In this document: positions 18,807-28,066 of the stretch, piece after piece
How the letters are laid out: every line of letters starts with the position of its first letter
Numbering within the stretch: position 1 is the first letter of the stretch
DNA from: Bacteroides sp.
GTDB lineage: Bacteria; Bacteroidota; Bacteroidia; Bacteroidales; UBA7960
Length of the DNA stretch: 64,000 bases
Assembly (NCBI GenBank): GCA_036351255.1
Contig: JAZBOS010000016.1
Location: 23,715-87,714, forward strand
Direction: 5' to 3'
Made by a program: the position numbers and the translations under genes
Notes under the pieces: generated by a model
What the model saw: the letters and a program-made list of their open reading frames with translations, nothing else
Database searches by the model: none
Told to the model about the DNA's origin: nothing

Positions 18807-20027
18807 ATGAGCATTAATGTAGAACAATTGCGAAGGGAGTTTCCTGTGCTGAACCAAACAGTCAACGGGAAACCACTGGTGTATCTCGACAATGCAGCCA
18901 CCACGCAAAAACCCAAAGCAGTTGTCGAGCGATTGATGGATTATTATTACAAGGAGAACAGCAACATCCACAGGGGTGCCCATTATTTAAGCGTGCAGGC
19001 GACAGAAGCTTATGAAGAAGCCCGGGAAACCGTCAGACTATACCTGAATGCGGCTTTCAGCCGGGAAATCATTTTCACCCGGGGCACCACTGAATCCATC
19101 AACCTGGTAGCGAGCTCCTTCAGCCAGAAGTTCCTGAAGGAAGGCGACGAGATTCTAATCTCGGCCATGGAACATCATTCAAACATCGTCCCCTGGCAAT
19201 TGGCCTGCGAGCAAAAGGGTGCCACCCTCAAAGTGATACCCATGAACGAGCACGGTGAACTGCTAATGGAAACGCTGACGGGGCTCCTGACCGAAAAGAC
19301 ACGGCTGGTGGCCGTTTCGCACGTGAGCAATGCCCTGGGAACCATTAACCCCATTGAAGAGATCATCAGCCAGGCACACCAAAAGGGAATCCCGGTGCTG
19401 ATCGACGGGGCACAAGCGGTGCCGCATATGAAAGTCGATGTTCAAAAACTCGACTGCGATTTTTATTGCTTCTCCGGGCATAAGCTATACGGGCCCATGG
19501 GGGTTGGCGTTTTATTCGGGAAGGAAGAATGGCTCGAGCAAATGCCCCCCTACCAGGGCGGAGGCGAAATGATCAAAGAAGTGCGTTTTACCGGAACCAC
19601 TTACAACGAACTGCCCTATAAGTTTGAAGCGGGTACCCCAAATGTGGGCGATGTGCTGGGTCTGGAAGCCGCCCTGCGATTTGTTTCCTACCTCAGGCAC
19701 GATGTCATTTCGGTGTATGAAGAACAGTTGATGCAATATGCCATGCAGCAGTTGTCAACCCTGCCGAACATTCGTTTTATTGGCACCAGCGAACGCAAGA
19801 CCAGCGTTATCTCTTTTATCTTCGACGACATCCATCCATACGATACCGGGATCATTCTCGACCAAATGGGCATTGCGGTTCGTACCGGCCATCACTGCGC
19901 CCAGCCGGTCATGGACTTCTTCCAAATCCCCGGCACCGTCAGGGTTTCATTTGCCATGTATAATTCCCTCCTGGAAATTGATTTGCTGATGGATGGACTG
20001 CAAAAAGTAAGGACCTTATTTGCCTGA
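18807..20027 (+). CDS. sufS: cysteine desulfurase SufS (class V aminotransferase, group II)
   Basis: PLP-lysine motif FSGHKLYGP, HRG.H, and the active-site region RTGHHCAQP. Confidence 0.95.
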   Translation: MSINVEQLRREFPVLNQTVNGKPLVYLDNAATTQKPKAVVERLMDYYYKENSNIHRGAHYLSVQATEAYEEARETVRLYLNAAFSREIIFTRGTTESINLVASSFSQKFLKEGDEILISAMEHHSNIVPWQLACEQKGATLKVIPMNEHGELLMETLTGLLTEKTRLVAVSHVSNALGTINPIEEIISQAHQKGIPVLIDGAQAVPHMKVDVQKLDCDFYCFSGHKLYGPMGVGVLFGKEEWLEQMPPYQGGGEMIKEVRFTGTTYNELPYKFEAGTPNVGDVLGLEAALRFVSYLRHDVISVYEEQLMQYAMQQLSTLPNIRFIGTSERKTSVISFIFDDIHPYDTGIILDQMGIAVRTGHHCAQPVMDFFQIPGTVRVSFAMYNSLLEIDLLMDGLQKVRTLFA

Positions 20028-20094
20028 TTAAAATGAGGGCCAGAAAAGAAAAATCCCCGGATTCACCCGTGCCAATCCTTTGAAAAACTACACC

Positions 20095-20574
20095 ATGGAA
20101 AATACGGTTCCCAAGAAAGCCTACAAAAATATCAACCTGGTATACGGGGTATTTTTTTTCAGCATGGTCATTTTCCTGCTGATCGTATCCCTCCTGGTTA
20201 GCAAGACGGGGCCGCTCATCGAGGAAGATCCGCTGATGGAACAGATCCTGAAACTGATCGTGATTGTGTTTACCGTGGTGATTATACCCATTGCCCAAGG
20301 GTTTCCACAGCGAATGATCCGAAAAATTGGCAGCGATTTGAGTCTCGCTGAGAAAATGGCCAGGTACCAGGCTGCCCTGACGGTTCGCTTTGCCCTGACG
20401 GAAGGTACAGGCATCATGGCCTGTTTGTTTTTTTTAATCACAGGCGATACAGACCTGATGCTGTTGGTGGCAATTATCCTGCTGTATTTCATCATTAGCC
20501 GTCCCAGCCACTTCAAAATGGGTGCAGACCTTGAACTCAGCGAAATGGAAAAAAAAGAGCTTTTCAAGGAATAA
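20095..20574 (+). CDS. hypothetical 4-TM membrane protein embedded in the suf cluster
   Basis: Four hydrophobic segments and no recognised motif. ATG 20095 is preferred over the track's TTG 20080. Confidence 0.55.
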   Translation: MENTVPKKAYKNINLVYGVFFFSMVIFLLIVSLLVSKTGPLIEEDPLMEQILKLIVIVFTVVIIPIAQGFPQRMIRKIGSDLSLAEKMARYQAALTVRFALTEGTGIMACLFFLITGDTDLMLLVAIILLYFIISRPSHFKMGADLELSEMEKKELFKE

Positions 20575-20617
20575 CCAGCCCTGAATCGCTTATTTTGTAA
20601 TCAAAATCTATCTGATC

Positions 20618-21046
20618 ATGACGATTAAAGAAAAGGAAGAAGAGATCATTTCAGAATTTGAGATGTTTACCGACTGGCTTGAAAAATACAATTATATCAT
20701 TGAATCGGGCAGATCCATTCCGGTCATTGAGCCCGAGTACAAAAAGGATAAATATCTTATCCAGGGATGCCAGTCGCAGGTATGGCTTCATGCCTCCTAT
20801 AAGGACGGGAAGGTGTTTTTCAGTGCTAGCAGCGATGCCCTCATAACCAAGGGGATTATCGGATTGCTGATCCGGGTACTATCCGGCCAGCCACCCCAGG
20901 ACATCATCGATGCAAAACTCGAATTCATTGACCGCATCGGCCTTCATCAGCACCTATCGCCCACGCGTTCCAATGGCTTGGCAAGCATGGTCAAGCAGAT
21001 GAAATTATATGCCCTGGCCTTTAAAACACAGGCACAGGGAAAATAA
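20618..21046 (+). CDS. sufE: SufE-family sulfur acceptor protein
   Basis: Conserved Cys motif IQGCQSQVWL and C-terminal R.NGL..M. Confidence 0.85.
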   Translation: MTIKEKEEEIISEFEMFTDWLEKYNYIIESGRSIPVIEPEYKKDKYLIQGCQSQVWLHASYKDGKVFFSASSDALITKGIIGLLIRVLSGQPPQDIIDAKLEFIDRIGLHQHLSPTRSNGLASMVKQMKLYALAFKTQAQGK

Positions 21047-21068
21047 CCAGGACAAAACAAAATTAAGC

Positions 21069-21380
21069 ATGAATTTCCTTGAAAAAGAAACCAAGGTCGT
21101 TGACGCACTGAAAAGCGTTTTCGACCCCGAAATCCCGGTAAATATTTACGACCTTGGCCTGGTTTATGAAATCAGGGTCAATGAGGACGATTCGACATAC
21201 ATCAAAATGACCCTTACCAACCCCAACTGCCCCGTTGCCGATGAGATTCCAAGGGATGTGAAAGATGCCGTGCTGCGGGTGGAGGGCATTAAAGAGGTCA
21301 ATGTCGACCTGGTTTTTGAACCCGAGTGGAATAAAGACATGATGTCGGAAGCAGCCATGCTTGAACTGGGTTTGCTGTAA
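21069..21380 (+). CDS. DUF59/SufT-like Fe-S assembly protein
   Basis: DPEIPVNIYDLGLVY and LTNPNCP are DUF59 (MIP18/SufT) signatures. ATG 21069 is preferred; the track start 21009 overlaps sufE. Confidence 0.8.
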   Translation: MNFLEKETKVVDALKSVFDPEIPVNIYDLGLVYEIRVNEDDSTYIKMTLTNPNCPVADEIPRDVKDAVLRVEGIKEVNVDLVFEPEWNKDMMSEAAMLELGLL

Positions 21381-21504
21381 TGGCTCCCTCCTCTGACTGA
21401 CAATATTTTTCCGCCTGTCAAAATCCTTTTTTTGTAAAAAAAAAGGTTGTATTTTTGGCCCCTGTAGGCGTTGTCCCCATTCATTCACTAAAAAAATATT
21501 GGAT

Positions 21505-21885
21505 ATGAATTTTCCGGAAAATTTACTGTACACCAAAGATCACGAATGGATCAAGATTGAAGGCGAAACTGCCGTGGTAGGTATTACCGACTTTGCGCAA
21601 AAAGAGCTTGGCGATATCGTTTATGTTGAAGTCGACACCGTGGGCGAAACGCTTGACCAGGAAGACACCTTCGGCACCATTGAAGCCGTTAAGACCGTTT
21701 CCGATCTTTTTATGCCCGTTTCAGGTGAAATTACCGAGTTTAACGAAGCCCTGGAATCAAACCCCGATGTTGTTAACAAGGATCCTTATGGCGAAGGCTG
21801 GATCATCAAAGTTAAGATTTCCGATCCCGCCCAGAAGGATGACCTGCTCACAGTTTCCCAGTACAAGGAACTCGTCGGCGAATAA
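21505..21885 (+). CDS. gcvH: glycine cleavage system protein H
   Basis: YTKDHEWIK, and the lipoyl-lysine motif [13 protein letters not shown] 21505 is preferred over TTG 21499. Confidence 0.95.
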   Translation: MNFPENLLYTKDHEWIKIEGETAVVGITDFAQKELGDIVYVEVDTVGETLDQEDTFGTIEAVKTVSDLFMPVSGEITEFNEALESNPDVVNKDPYGEGWIIKVKISDPAQKDDLLTVSQYKELVGE

Positions 21886-21919
21886 TCTTTTCTTCCGGCA
21901 TTGGAATAGCCAAGCTGTG

Positions 21920-22312
21920 ATGGCTTTCAAATTTCTTTTACCTGCCCTGGCCTGGGGCTTGCTGATTTTATTGGCCATCAGCCTGCCTCCCGGCAATATT
22001 CCCAGAACGGGACTCTTCAGCCTGCCCCATTTTGACAAACTGGTGCATGTGGCCCTTTTTGCAGGATGGGGTTTGTTGCTTTTTGCAGGATTTCGAAAAC
22101 AAAAACCCGGGAGCTTTTTTCAACAAAACCCTGCGATGATTGCCGTTGCATTCGGCCTTGTCTATGGAATCCTGACCGAACTTTTGCAGCATTTTTGTTT
22201 AAGCGGACGCCATGGAAACTATTTTGATGTCATCGCTGATGTGTTTGGAACAGTTTTTGGTGTTTTGCTATTGAAGTGGATCGTGAGGAAACCTTCAAAA
22301 ATTTTTATTTGA
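21920..22312 (+). CDS. VanZ-like family membrane protein
   Basis: MAFKFLLPALAWGLLI..., then DKLVH..F and 4 TM segments, typical of VanZ. The upstream part of track ORF 21593.. is a shadow frame over gcvH. Confidence 0.65.
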   Translation: MAFKFLLPALAWGLLILLAISLPPGNIPRTGLFSLPHFDKLVHVALFAGWGLLLFAGFRKQKPGSFFQQNPAMIAVAFGLVYGILTELLQHFCLSGRHGNYFDVIADVFGTVFGVLLLKWIVRKPSKIFI

Positions 22313-22426
22313 AGGTGGAATTTCGAAAGCAGGGAAAGTATTTTCAAATTATTTGTATATTAGCAGTCGCTTTTGAAAAAGTAGAATTCACCTTTACAGG
22401 CGCCTGCCAAAAACCAAGGAGCACAT

Positions 22427-23107
22427 ATGGAAGCAAAAAAAACACCGAAAGCCGACCTCGAAAACAAAAAGCGCATTTTTCTCCAGATTGGTCTGGCAGT
22501 AGCGCTTTTGGGTGTTCTGGTGGCTTTTGAATGGAAAACCTACGAAAGGCAAGTGTACGACTTAGGTACGCTTGAGATGGACTTTATTGAGGAGGAGGAT
22601 ATTCCCATCACACGCCAGGAAACCCCTCCCCCGCCTCCACCACCTGAAGCCTCCACCGAGCTGATCATTGTGGAAGACGACGTCGAAATTGATGAAGAAT
22701 TCAGCATCGACGTTGAAGCAACCGTTAATACCGAGGTGAAAGAATTTACTCCGGTTGTGGTGGTTCAGGAGGAAGAAGAAATCGCGGAAGACGTAATCTT
22801 TACCGTGGTTGAAGACCAACCCAGCTATCCGGGTGGTGAAGAAGCACGTATCCGCTATCTCCAGGAAAACCTGCGTTACCCCCAAATGGCCCGTGAGGCA
22901 GGGATTCAGGGAACCGTGTTCGTAACCTTTGTGGTTGAACGCGATGGCTCGGTTACCGACGTACGCGTACTGCGTGGTATCGGCGGCGGCTGCGATGAAG
23001 AAGCCGTTCGCGTCGTACAGAACATGCCGCGCTGGAACCCCGGTCGCCAGAGAGGCCAACCGGTTAGGGTACAGTTTAACATGCCCATTCGTTTCGTATT
23101 GAACTAA
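22427..23107 (+). CDS. tonB: energy transducer TonB
   Basis: N-terminal TM anchor, a Pro-rich (PPPPPPPE) and acidic linker, and a C-terminal TonB domain (PSYPGGEEA..YPQMAREAGIQGTVFVTFVVERDGSV). AAGGAG sits 5 nt upstream of the ATG. Confidence 0.85.
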   Translation: MEAKKTPKADLENKKRIFLQIGLAVALLGVLVAFEWKTYERQVYDLGTLEMDFIEEEDIPITRQETPPPPPPPEASTELIIVEDDVEIDEEFSIDVEATVNTEVKEFTPVVVVQEEEEIAEDVIFTVVEDQPSYPGGEEARIRYLQENLRYPQMAREAGIQGTVFVTFVVERDGSVTDVRVLRGIGGGCDEEAVRVVQNMPRWNPGRQRGQPVRVQFNMPIRFVLN

Positions 23108-23130
23108 GCGAACGAAGCAAGATCTTTTGG

Positions 23131-23168
23131 GAGACAGCCCCGGCTAAAGGTGGCTGTCTCTTTTTTTT
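23131..23168 (+). terminator. intrinsic terminator after tonB
   Basis: Stem gagacagcc/ggctgtctc followed by an 8-T run. Confidence 0.8.
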
Positions 23169-23250
23169 ACCCTTATTTCCCAGATCAGAAAACCTTGCCT
23201 TGGGGTTCTATTCCTTTATTACCATCGACCTTACAGGCTCATACCATCCT

Positions 23251-23302
23251 CGGAGTTTATACGGTTTAAACCGTATAAACTCCGTCTATTCTCCGTATTA
23301 AC
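23251..23302. repeat. palindromic repeat element, copy A (34-bp perfect palindrome centred on GTTTAAAC, plus right flank)
   Basis: cggagtttatacggttt|aaaccgtataaactccg at 23251-23284 is exactly self-complementary. The right flank tctattctccg-tattaac matches the arm end of copy B at 63129-63187. Confidence 0.8.
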
Positions 23303-23349
23303 CATGGCCATGGTCCCTTACTCAATCCAGCAGGAAACAAGACTGGCTT

Positions 23350-25461
23350 TTAACTAATGCGGCTCCAGAATAACTTGTCGTGATAGAGGGCCCTGAGGCG
23401 CCTGGCCACCATCTGGTGGGCGGGTTTTTCGAGGTGGGGGTCGTCGGCCAGCAATTCACGGGCCTTGTCGCGGGCAAATTTAAGGATGGCTTCATCCCTG
23501 GCCAGGTCAGCCATTTTCAGTTCGAGGATCCCGCTTTGCTGGGTGCCCTGGATGTCGCCGGGGCCCCGCAACCTCAGGTCCATTTCGGCAATTTCGAAGC
23601 CATCGTTTGAGCGTACCATCACCTCGATGCGCTTGCGGGCTTCATTGCTCAGTTTTTGTCCGCTCATCAGGATGCAATAGCTCTGTTCGGCGCCGCGGCC
23701 TACCCTCCCCCTGAGCTGATGAAGCTGCGACAAACCAAATCGCTCAGCGCTTTCAATGATCATCACCGAGGCGTTGGGCACATCGATACCCACTTCAATC
23801 ACGGTGGTGGCTACCATGATGTGGGTCTTGCCCTGCACAAAACGCTGCATCTCAAAATCCTTGTCAGCCGGTTTCATTTGCCCGTGGACAATGCTTACGG
23901 CATACTGTGGGAGCGGGAATTCGCGTGAAATGCTTTCATAGCCATCCGTAAGATCCTTCAGGTCAAGTGTTTCTGACTCTTTTATCAAGGGGTAAACAAC
24001 GTAAATTTGTCTTCCCTGCTGAATCTGTTCGCGCATAAACCCGAATACCTTCAGGCGATTGCTATCGTATTGGTGAATGGTTTTGACGGGTTTGCGCCCC
24101 GGAGGCAATTCGTCGATCACTGAAACATCGAGGTCACCATAGAGGGTCATGGCCAGGGTGCGTGGGATGGGTGTGGCGGTCATTACAAGGATGTGAGGAG
24201 GCTTATGCCCTTTCGACCAGAGTTTGGCACGCTGGGCCACTCCGAAACGGTGCTGTTCGTCGATCACCACCAGTCCCAGCTTATCAAACTCCACCACATC
24301 CTCAATGAGGGCGTGGGTGCCGATGATGATCTGCAGCTCGCCTTCTTTAAGGGCTTTCAGTAAGCCCCGCCGCTGGGCCGAGCGGGTAGAGCCGGTGAGC
24401 AATCCAACATGGATGCCCAGGGGGGCCAGCATATTCGACACAGATTCGTAATGCTGGAATGCAAGGATCTCGGTAGGAGCCATCAGGCAGGCCTGAAATC
24501 CGTTGTCGAGGGCCATCAGCATGCTCATTAGGGCGACCACGGTCTTACCGCTGCCCACATCCCCCTGCAACAGCCGGTTCATCTGGTTTCCCGTAAGGGT
24601 ATCGCCACGAATTTCCTTGAGCACCCGTTTCTGGGCGCCGGTCAGTTCAAACGAAAGGCATTCGTAGAAAAATCCGTTGAAATATTGGCCGATCTGCTTA
24701 AAAACATGACCCCCGCTTTTTTCGCTGCGAAGCAGTTTATGCCTGAGCAAGTTGAGCTGAATATAAAACAGTTCTTCGAATTTCAGGCGGGCAATGGCTT
24801 TTTTCAGGGCATTGGGGTCGGCAGGGAAGTGTATGTCGGACAGAGTCGTTTTGCGGCCGGGAAGTTTTATTGCCTCAAGCATGGCGGTGGGCAGGGTTTC
24901 ATTGACGTGGTCGATGACTACAGGCAGCAGGGTACGGATCAGTTTGCCAATGCCACGGGAGTCAAGACCCTGTGAACGCAGTTTCTCGGAGGAATTATAG
25001 ACTGGTTGCATGGCCGATTCCTGGTTGATGGCACCCGGGCTTACCGGCTCTACTTCCGGATGAACGATATTAAACTGGCGGTTAAATACGCTGGGTTTTC
25101 CGAAAACAATGTATTCAACATTGGGTTTAAAGGCATTTTTAAGCCATTTGATGCCATTGAACCAGACCAGGTCAAGGGTTCCTGACTCGTCGGTAAAGGT
25201 GGCAGTCATACGGGTAGCACGGCGGGCACCATGCAGTTCAATATTGGAAATATTGCCCCTGAGTTGCACATAAGGAAAGTCTTCGCGGATCTCGCTGACC
25301 TTATAGAATTTGCTGCGATCGACATAGCGGAATGGGAAAAACTCGAGCAGGTCGCCAAAGGTAAAGATGCCGGCTTCCTGCCGAAGCAATTCACCACGCC
25401 TGGGACCAACACCCTTGAGGTATTCAATGGAGGTTTTAAGAATATCCTGGCTCATGCTCAA
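23350..25461 (-). CDS. recG: ATP-dependent DNA helicase RecG
   Basis: 703 aa. Wedge domain N-terminus, helicase motif I GDVGSGKT, motif II DEQHRFG, and the TRG motif region. Confidence 0.95.
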   Translation of the reverse strand: MSMSQDILKTSIEYLKGVGPRRGELLRQEAGIFTFGDLLEFFPFRYVDRSKFYKVSEIREDFPYVQLRGNISNIELHGARRATRMTATFTDESGTLDLVWFNGIKWLKNAFKPNVEYIVFGKPSVFNRQFNIVHPEVEPVSPGAINQESAMQPVYNSSEKLRSQGLDSRGIGKLIRTLLPVVIDHVNETLPTAMLEAIKLPGRKTTLSDIHFPADPNALKKAIARLKFEELFYIQLNLLRHKLLRSEKSGGHVFKQIGQYFNGFFYECLSFELTGAQKRVLKEIRGDTLTGNQMNRLLQGDVGSGKTVVALMSMLMALDNGFQACLMAPTEILAFQHYESVSNMLAPLGIHVGLLTGSTRSAQRRGLLKALKEGELQIIIGTHALIEDVVEFDKLGLVVIDEQHRFGVAQRAKLWSKGHKPPHILVMTATPIPRTLAMTLYGDLDVSVIDELPPGRKPVKTIHQYDSNRLKVFGFMREQIQQGRQIYVVYPLIKESETLDLKDLTDGYESISREFPLPQYAVSIVHGQMKPADKDFEMQRFVQGKTHIMVATTVIEVGIDVPNASVMIIESAERFGLSQLHQLRGRVGRGAEQSYCILMSGQKLSNEARKRIEVMVRSNDGFEIAEMDLRLRGPGDIQGTQQSGILELKMADLARDEAILKFARDKARELLADDPHLEKPAHQMVARRLRALYHDKLFWSRIS

Positions 25462-25577
25462 AAAGGATAGAACGTAAAATTAATAAATCGAGCCGGAGCG
25501 AGCATCATTCGTCAAAAAAATTGAGCTCACATGACGAAGTGTTTGTAATTTTGAGCATATTTTCAAGGCAATCCTGT

Positions 25578-26531
25578 ATGAAGATCCTGATATTTGGTGC
25601 GGGTGTGATTGGGACCGCTTATGGCTGGCAGTTGTGGGAAGCGGGTTATGATGTGAGCCTGCTGGTGAGAAAACAACGGGTGGTGAGATACAGCAATTCG
25701 GGGATTAACATTAGCTGTACGGATCTGAGAGGCAAAGAAAAGGAATACAAAAAAACCGTGTTCCGGCCCAGGATTGTTGACCGCCTGAATCCTGAAGAAG
25801 GATATGACCTGATCATTGTTTCGGTAAAAAATTACCAGCTCAGGGATGCGGTTCCCTATCTGGCAAAATATTCCGGCAAGGCTGACATTTTGTTCCTGGG
25901 GCACTTCTGGCAGGAAAACGAATGGATTGAAGAGACCCTTCCAAAGGATAAATATTTCTTTGGTTTTCCGGGAATGGTGCTGGGAGCGAAAACCCTGGAT
26001 GGCATCAACTGCTATTTTTTCGGGAACAGCAATACTTTTCTGGGGGAGCCGGATGGCAAAGTAAGTCAGCGTCTGCTGGACACGAGGAAAATGATGGAAT
26101 TGGCTGGAATGCAGCCGCGGCAACTGCACGCCATCGAATCGTGGATACGGGGAGATTTTGCCTGGCAGGCAGCCATCCTGGGCCCGGTGCTCAAAGCCGG
26201 TAATTTCCGCTTGTTTGCTGAGGACAAGAAACTGCTTGGGCAAGCCATACAAGCCATCCGCGAGGTCAATGGCATTGTTCAGCGTTCGGGCATAAAGGTG
26301 AACGGGGCTTTCCCGTTCTGGTTATTCCGGCTGCCTGCATTCCTGGTGGTACCCTTGCTTAAAAAATCATTTAACCAGACCATGCAGGCTGCCCTTGAGG
26401 CCAACCTGAAACACAGCCTAGAGGAAATCAGGGGGCAATACATGACCCTGCTTGCCCTGGGAAAGAAAAACAATGAAAAAATGGTTTACCTGGCCTCCTT
26501 TGAAAAGTACCTTGAAAAAGAGGAAAAATAA
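25578..26531 (+). CDS. ketopantoate reductase (ApbA/PanE) family oxidoreductase
   Basis: Rossmann N-terminus MKILIFGAGVIGTAYG. Length and layout fit the PanE family. ATG 25578 is preferred over the track start 25521. Confidence 0.6.
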   Translation: MKILIFGAGVIGTAYGWQLWEAGYDVSLLVRKQRVVRYSNSGINISCTDLRGKEKEYKKTVFRPRIVDRLNPEEGYDLIIVSVKNYQLRDAVPYLAKYSGKADILFLGHFWQENEWIEETLPKDKYFFGFPGMVLGAKTLDGINCYFFGNSNTFLGEPDGKVSQRLLDTRKMMELAGMQPRQLHAIESWIRGDFAWQAAILGPVLKAGNFRLFAEDKKLLGQAIQAIREVNGIVQRSGIKVNGAFPFWLFRLPAFLVVPLLKKSFNQTMQAALEANLKHSLEEIRGQYMTLLALGKKNNEKMVYLASFEKYLEKEEK

Positions 26532-26696
26532 AATTTCTGGATAACAGGACAAAAAAGCATTGTATTTGCCGTTAACCTTCCTTGAAGGAAAATCCACAAA
26601 TTTTCCTTAACTTTATATTTTGAAAATACACCGGAATCAAGAAATTTCAAGATATTTCACAAACAGGCACCTTGAACCATTAAAACAGCAATCAAT

Positions 26697-27446
26697 ATGA
26701 AACGAATTTTAATTGTTTTTTCAGCCTTGATCCTTTCGGGCGGGCTTTTATTTGCCCAGGAAGACATGCCGGAGATTCCAGAGGAATATATTTCCGGAAC
26801 TGCAGACCGGTTTATGGTGGACCTTTTCACCGACATCTGGAGCAATGCTCCTGAAGAAATGGATATGAACACCATTAACCGCGGAATCAGCATCAGCATG
26901 ATGCAGGACTTCAAACTGGGGGCTTCCCCCTTCAGCGTGGCAGCCGGACTGGGGATAAGCAGTCATAATCTTTACAGCAATTTTGTATATGAATTCACCC
27001 CTATGTCCTGGTCTTCGGCCTGGCCGCAACCCGGCACCTATGATTTTCACAAAATTGATGAAGAATTTTATGAAATTAAAAAAAATAAGCTGAGCCTGAA
27101 TTATTTGAGTGCCCCTTTTGAGTTCCGTTACCGCAACTACAACCTGCCCAAAACCTTCCGTATCTATGCAGGACTTCGTTTAGGCTATTTGATCAATGCC
27201 CATACCAAGACCCACTTAAAAATTGAGGAAGGTGTGGTAGGAAGTCCACCGCCCTCAGAATGGAAAACCAAGGAAAGCAAACTAGGCAATCTGGAAAAGT
27301 TCCAAGTGGGAGTCACAGCAAGGGTTGGATACGGCCGAATAAATTTGTTTGGTTATCTGCCTCTTACGGAAATTTTCAAGGATAATTTTGCTGCCGGACA
27401 AGGGATGAAACCAGTCTCAGTGGGACTCACCTTTATCGTTTTCTAG
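26697..27446 (+). CDS. outer-membrane beta-barrel protein (porin-family/OmpA-N-like)
   Basis: Signal peptide, alternating beta-strand pattern, and a C-terminal aromatic residue (..LTFIVF). Confidence 0.6.
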   Translation: MKRILIVFSALILSGGLLFAQEDMPEIPEEYISGTADRFMVDLFTDIWSNAPEEMDMNTINRGISISMMQDFKLGASPFSVAAGLGISSHNLYSNFVYEFTPMSWSSAWPQPGTYDFHKIDEEFYEIKKNKLSLNYLSAPFEFRYRNYNLPKTFRIYAGLRLGYLINAHTKTHLKIEEGVVGSPPPSEWKTKESKLGNLEKFQVGVTARVGYGRINLFGYLPLTEIFKDNFAAGQGMKPVSVGLTFIVF

Positions 27447-28066
27447 GATCTGAGATAAAAGAAAAGCATCAGCATTACGCCAATGCCCATAATGTATCCC
27501 GCAAACACCTGGGATAATTTGTGGGCGTTGAGTTTTACGCGTGCAGTACCCAGCAATCCTGAGGCCAGGAATGCGGCAATGATCAGCCAGTCAATATTGA
27601 GGTGGAGCAGCATGGCCAGGCTGATCAGGAAGCCCGTTAAACCACCCATGGATACCATATGAATACTGATTTTCCAGCGGTAAGTGATGATGAGGGTTAG
27701 CAGGATGAGAATGGTGGCCCCAATCACATAAAAATACAGAAGGGAGGGCAGGGCAATTTTTCGCAGGAGGTAATAGGTGATAAAGAAATAAATGGCCGAG
27801 AGCAAGAGCGGCACCATTCGTTCGCTGCGCTCATCGAGCAGGATGTCGCGGATCATCCCGGTCTTTTTCAGCAACAGGATGGATAATACCGGAGCTACGG
27901 CCGTATTGATGAACAAGATCAGGAGGATCATTCCCTTGGCTTTGGGTGTCAGGCTGTAGGAAAGATAGGTGTTCAGCTGAAAAAGAATGATCAGTCCCAG
28001 GGTAGGGATGATCAGGGGATGCAGGACCACGGAAAGAAAACGGGCAACAGGGGTTTCGATCTTCAT
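27443..28066 (-). CDS. integral membrane protein, PAP2-like phosphatase superfamily (tentative)
   Basis: Six TM segments. KISIHMVSMGG and ARVKLNAHKLSQV resemble PAP2 motifs C2/C3. Its start overlaps the rpoN stop by 1 nt. Confidence 0.5.
   Translation of the reverse strand: MKIETPVARFLSVVLHPLIIPTLGLIILFQLNTYLSYSLTPKAKGMILLILFINTAVAPVLSILLLKKTGMIRDILLDERSERMVPLLLSAIYFFITYYLLRKIALPSLLYFYVIGATILILLTLIITYRWKISIHMVSMGGLTGFLISLAMLLHLNIDWLIIAAFLASGLLGTARVKLNAHKLSQVFAGYIMGIGVMLMLFFYLRS

Noticed and set aside
21593-21919. N-terminal 109 codons of track ORF 21593-22312
   Set aside because: This stretch overlaps gcvH in another frame. The VanZ-like hydrophobic protein begins at ATG 21920, right after the gcvH stop.
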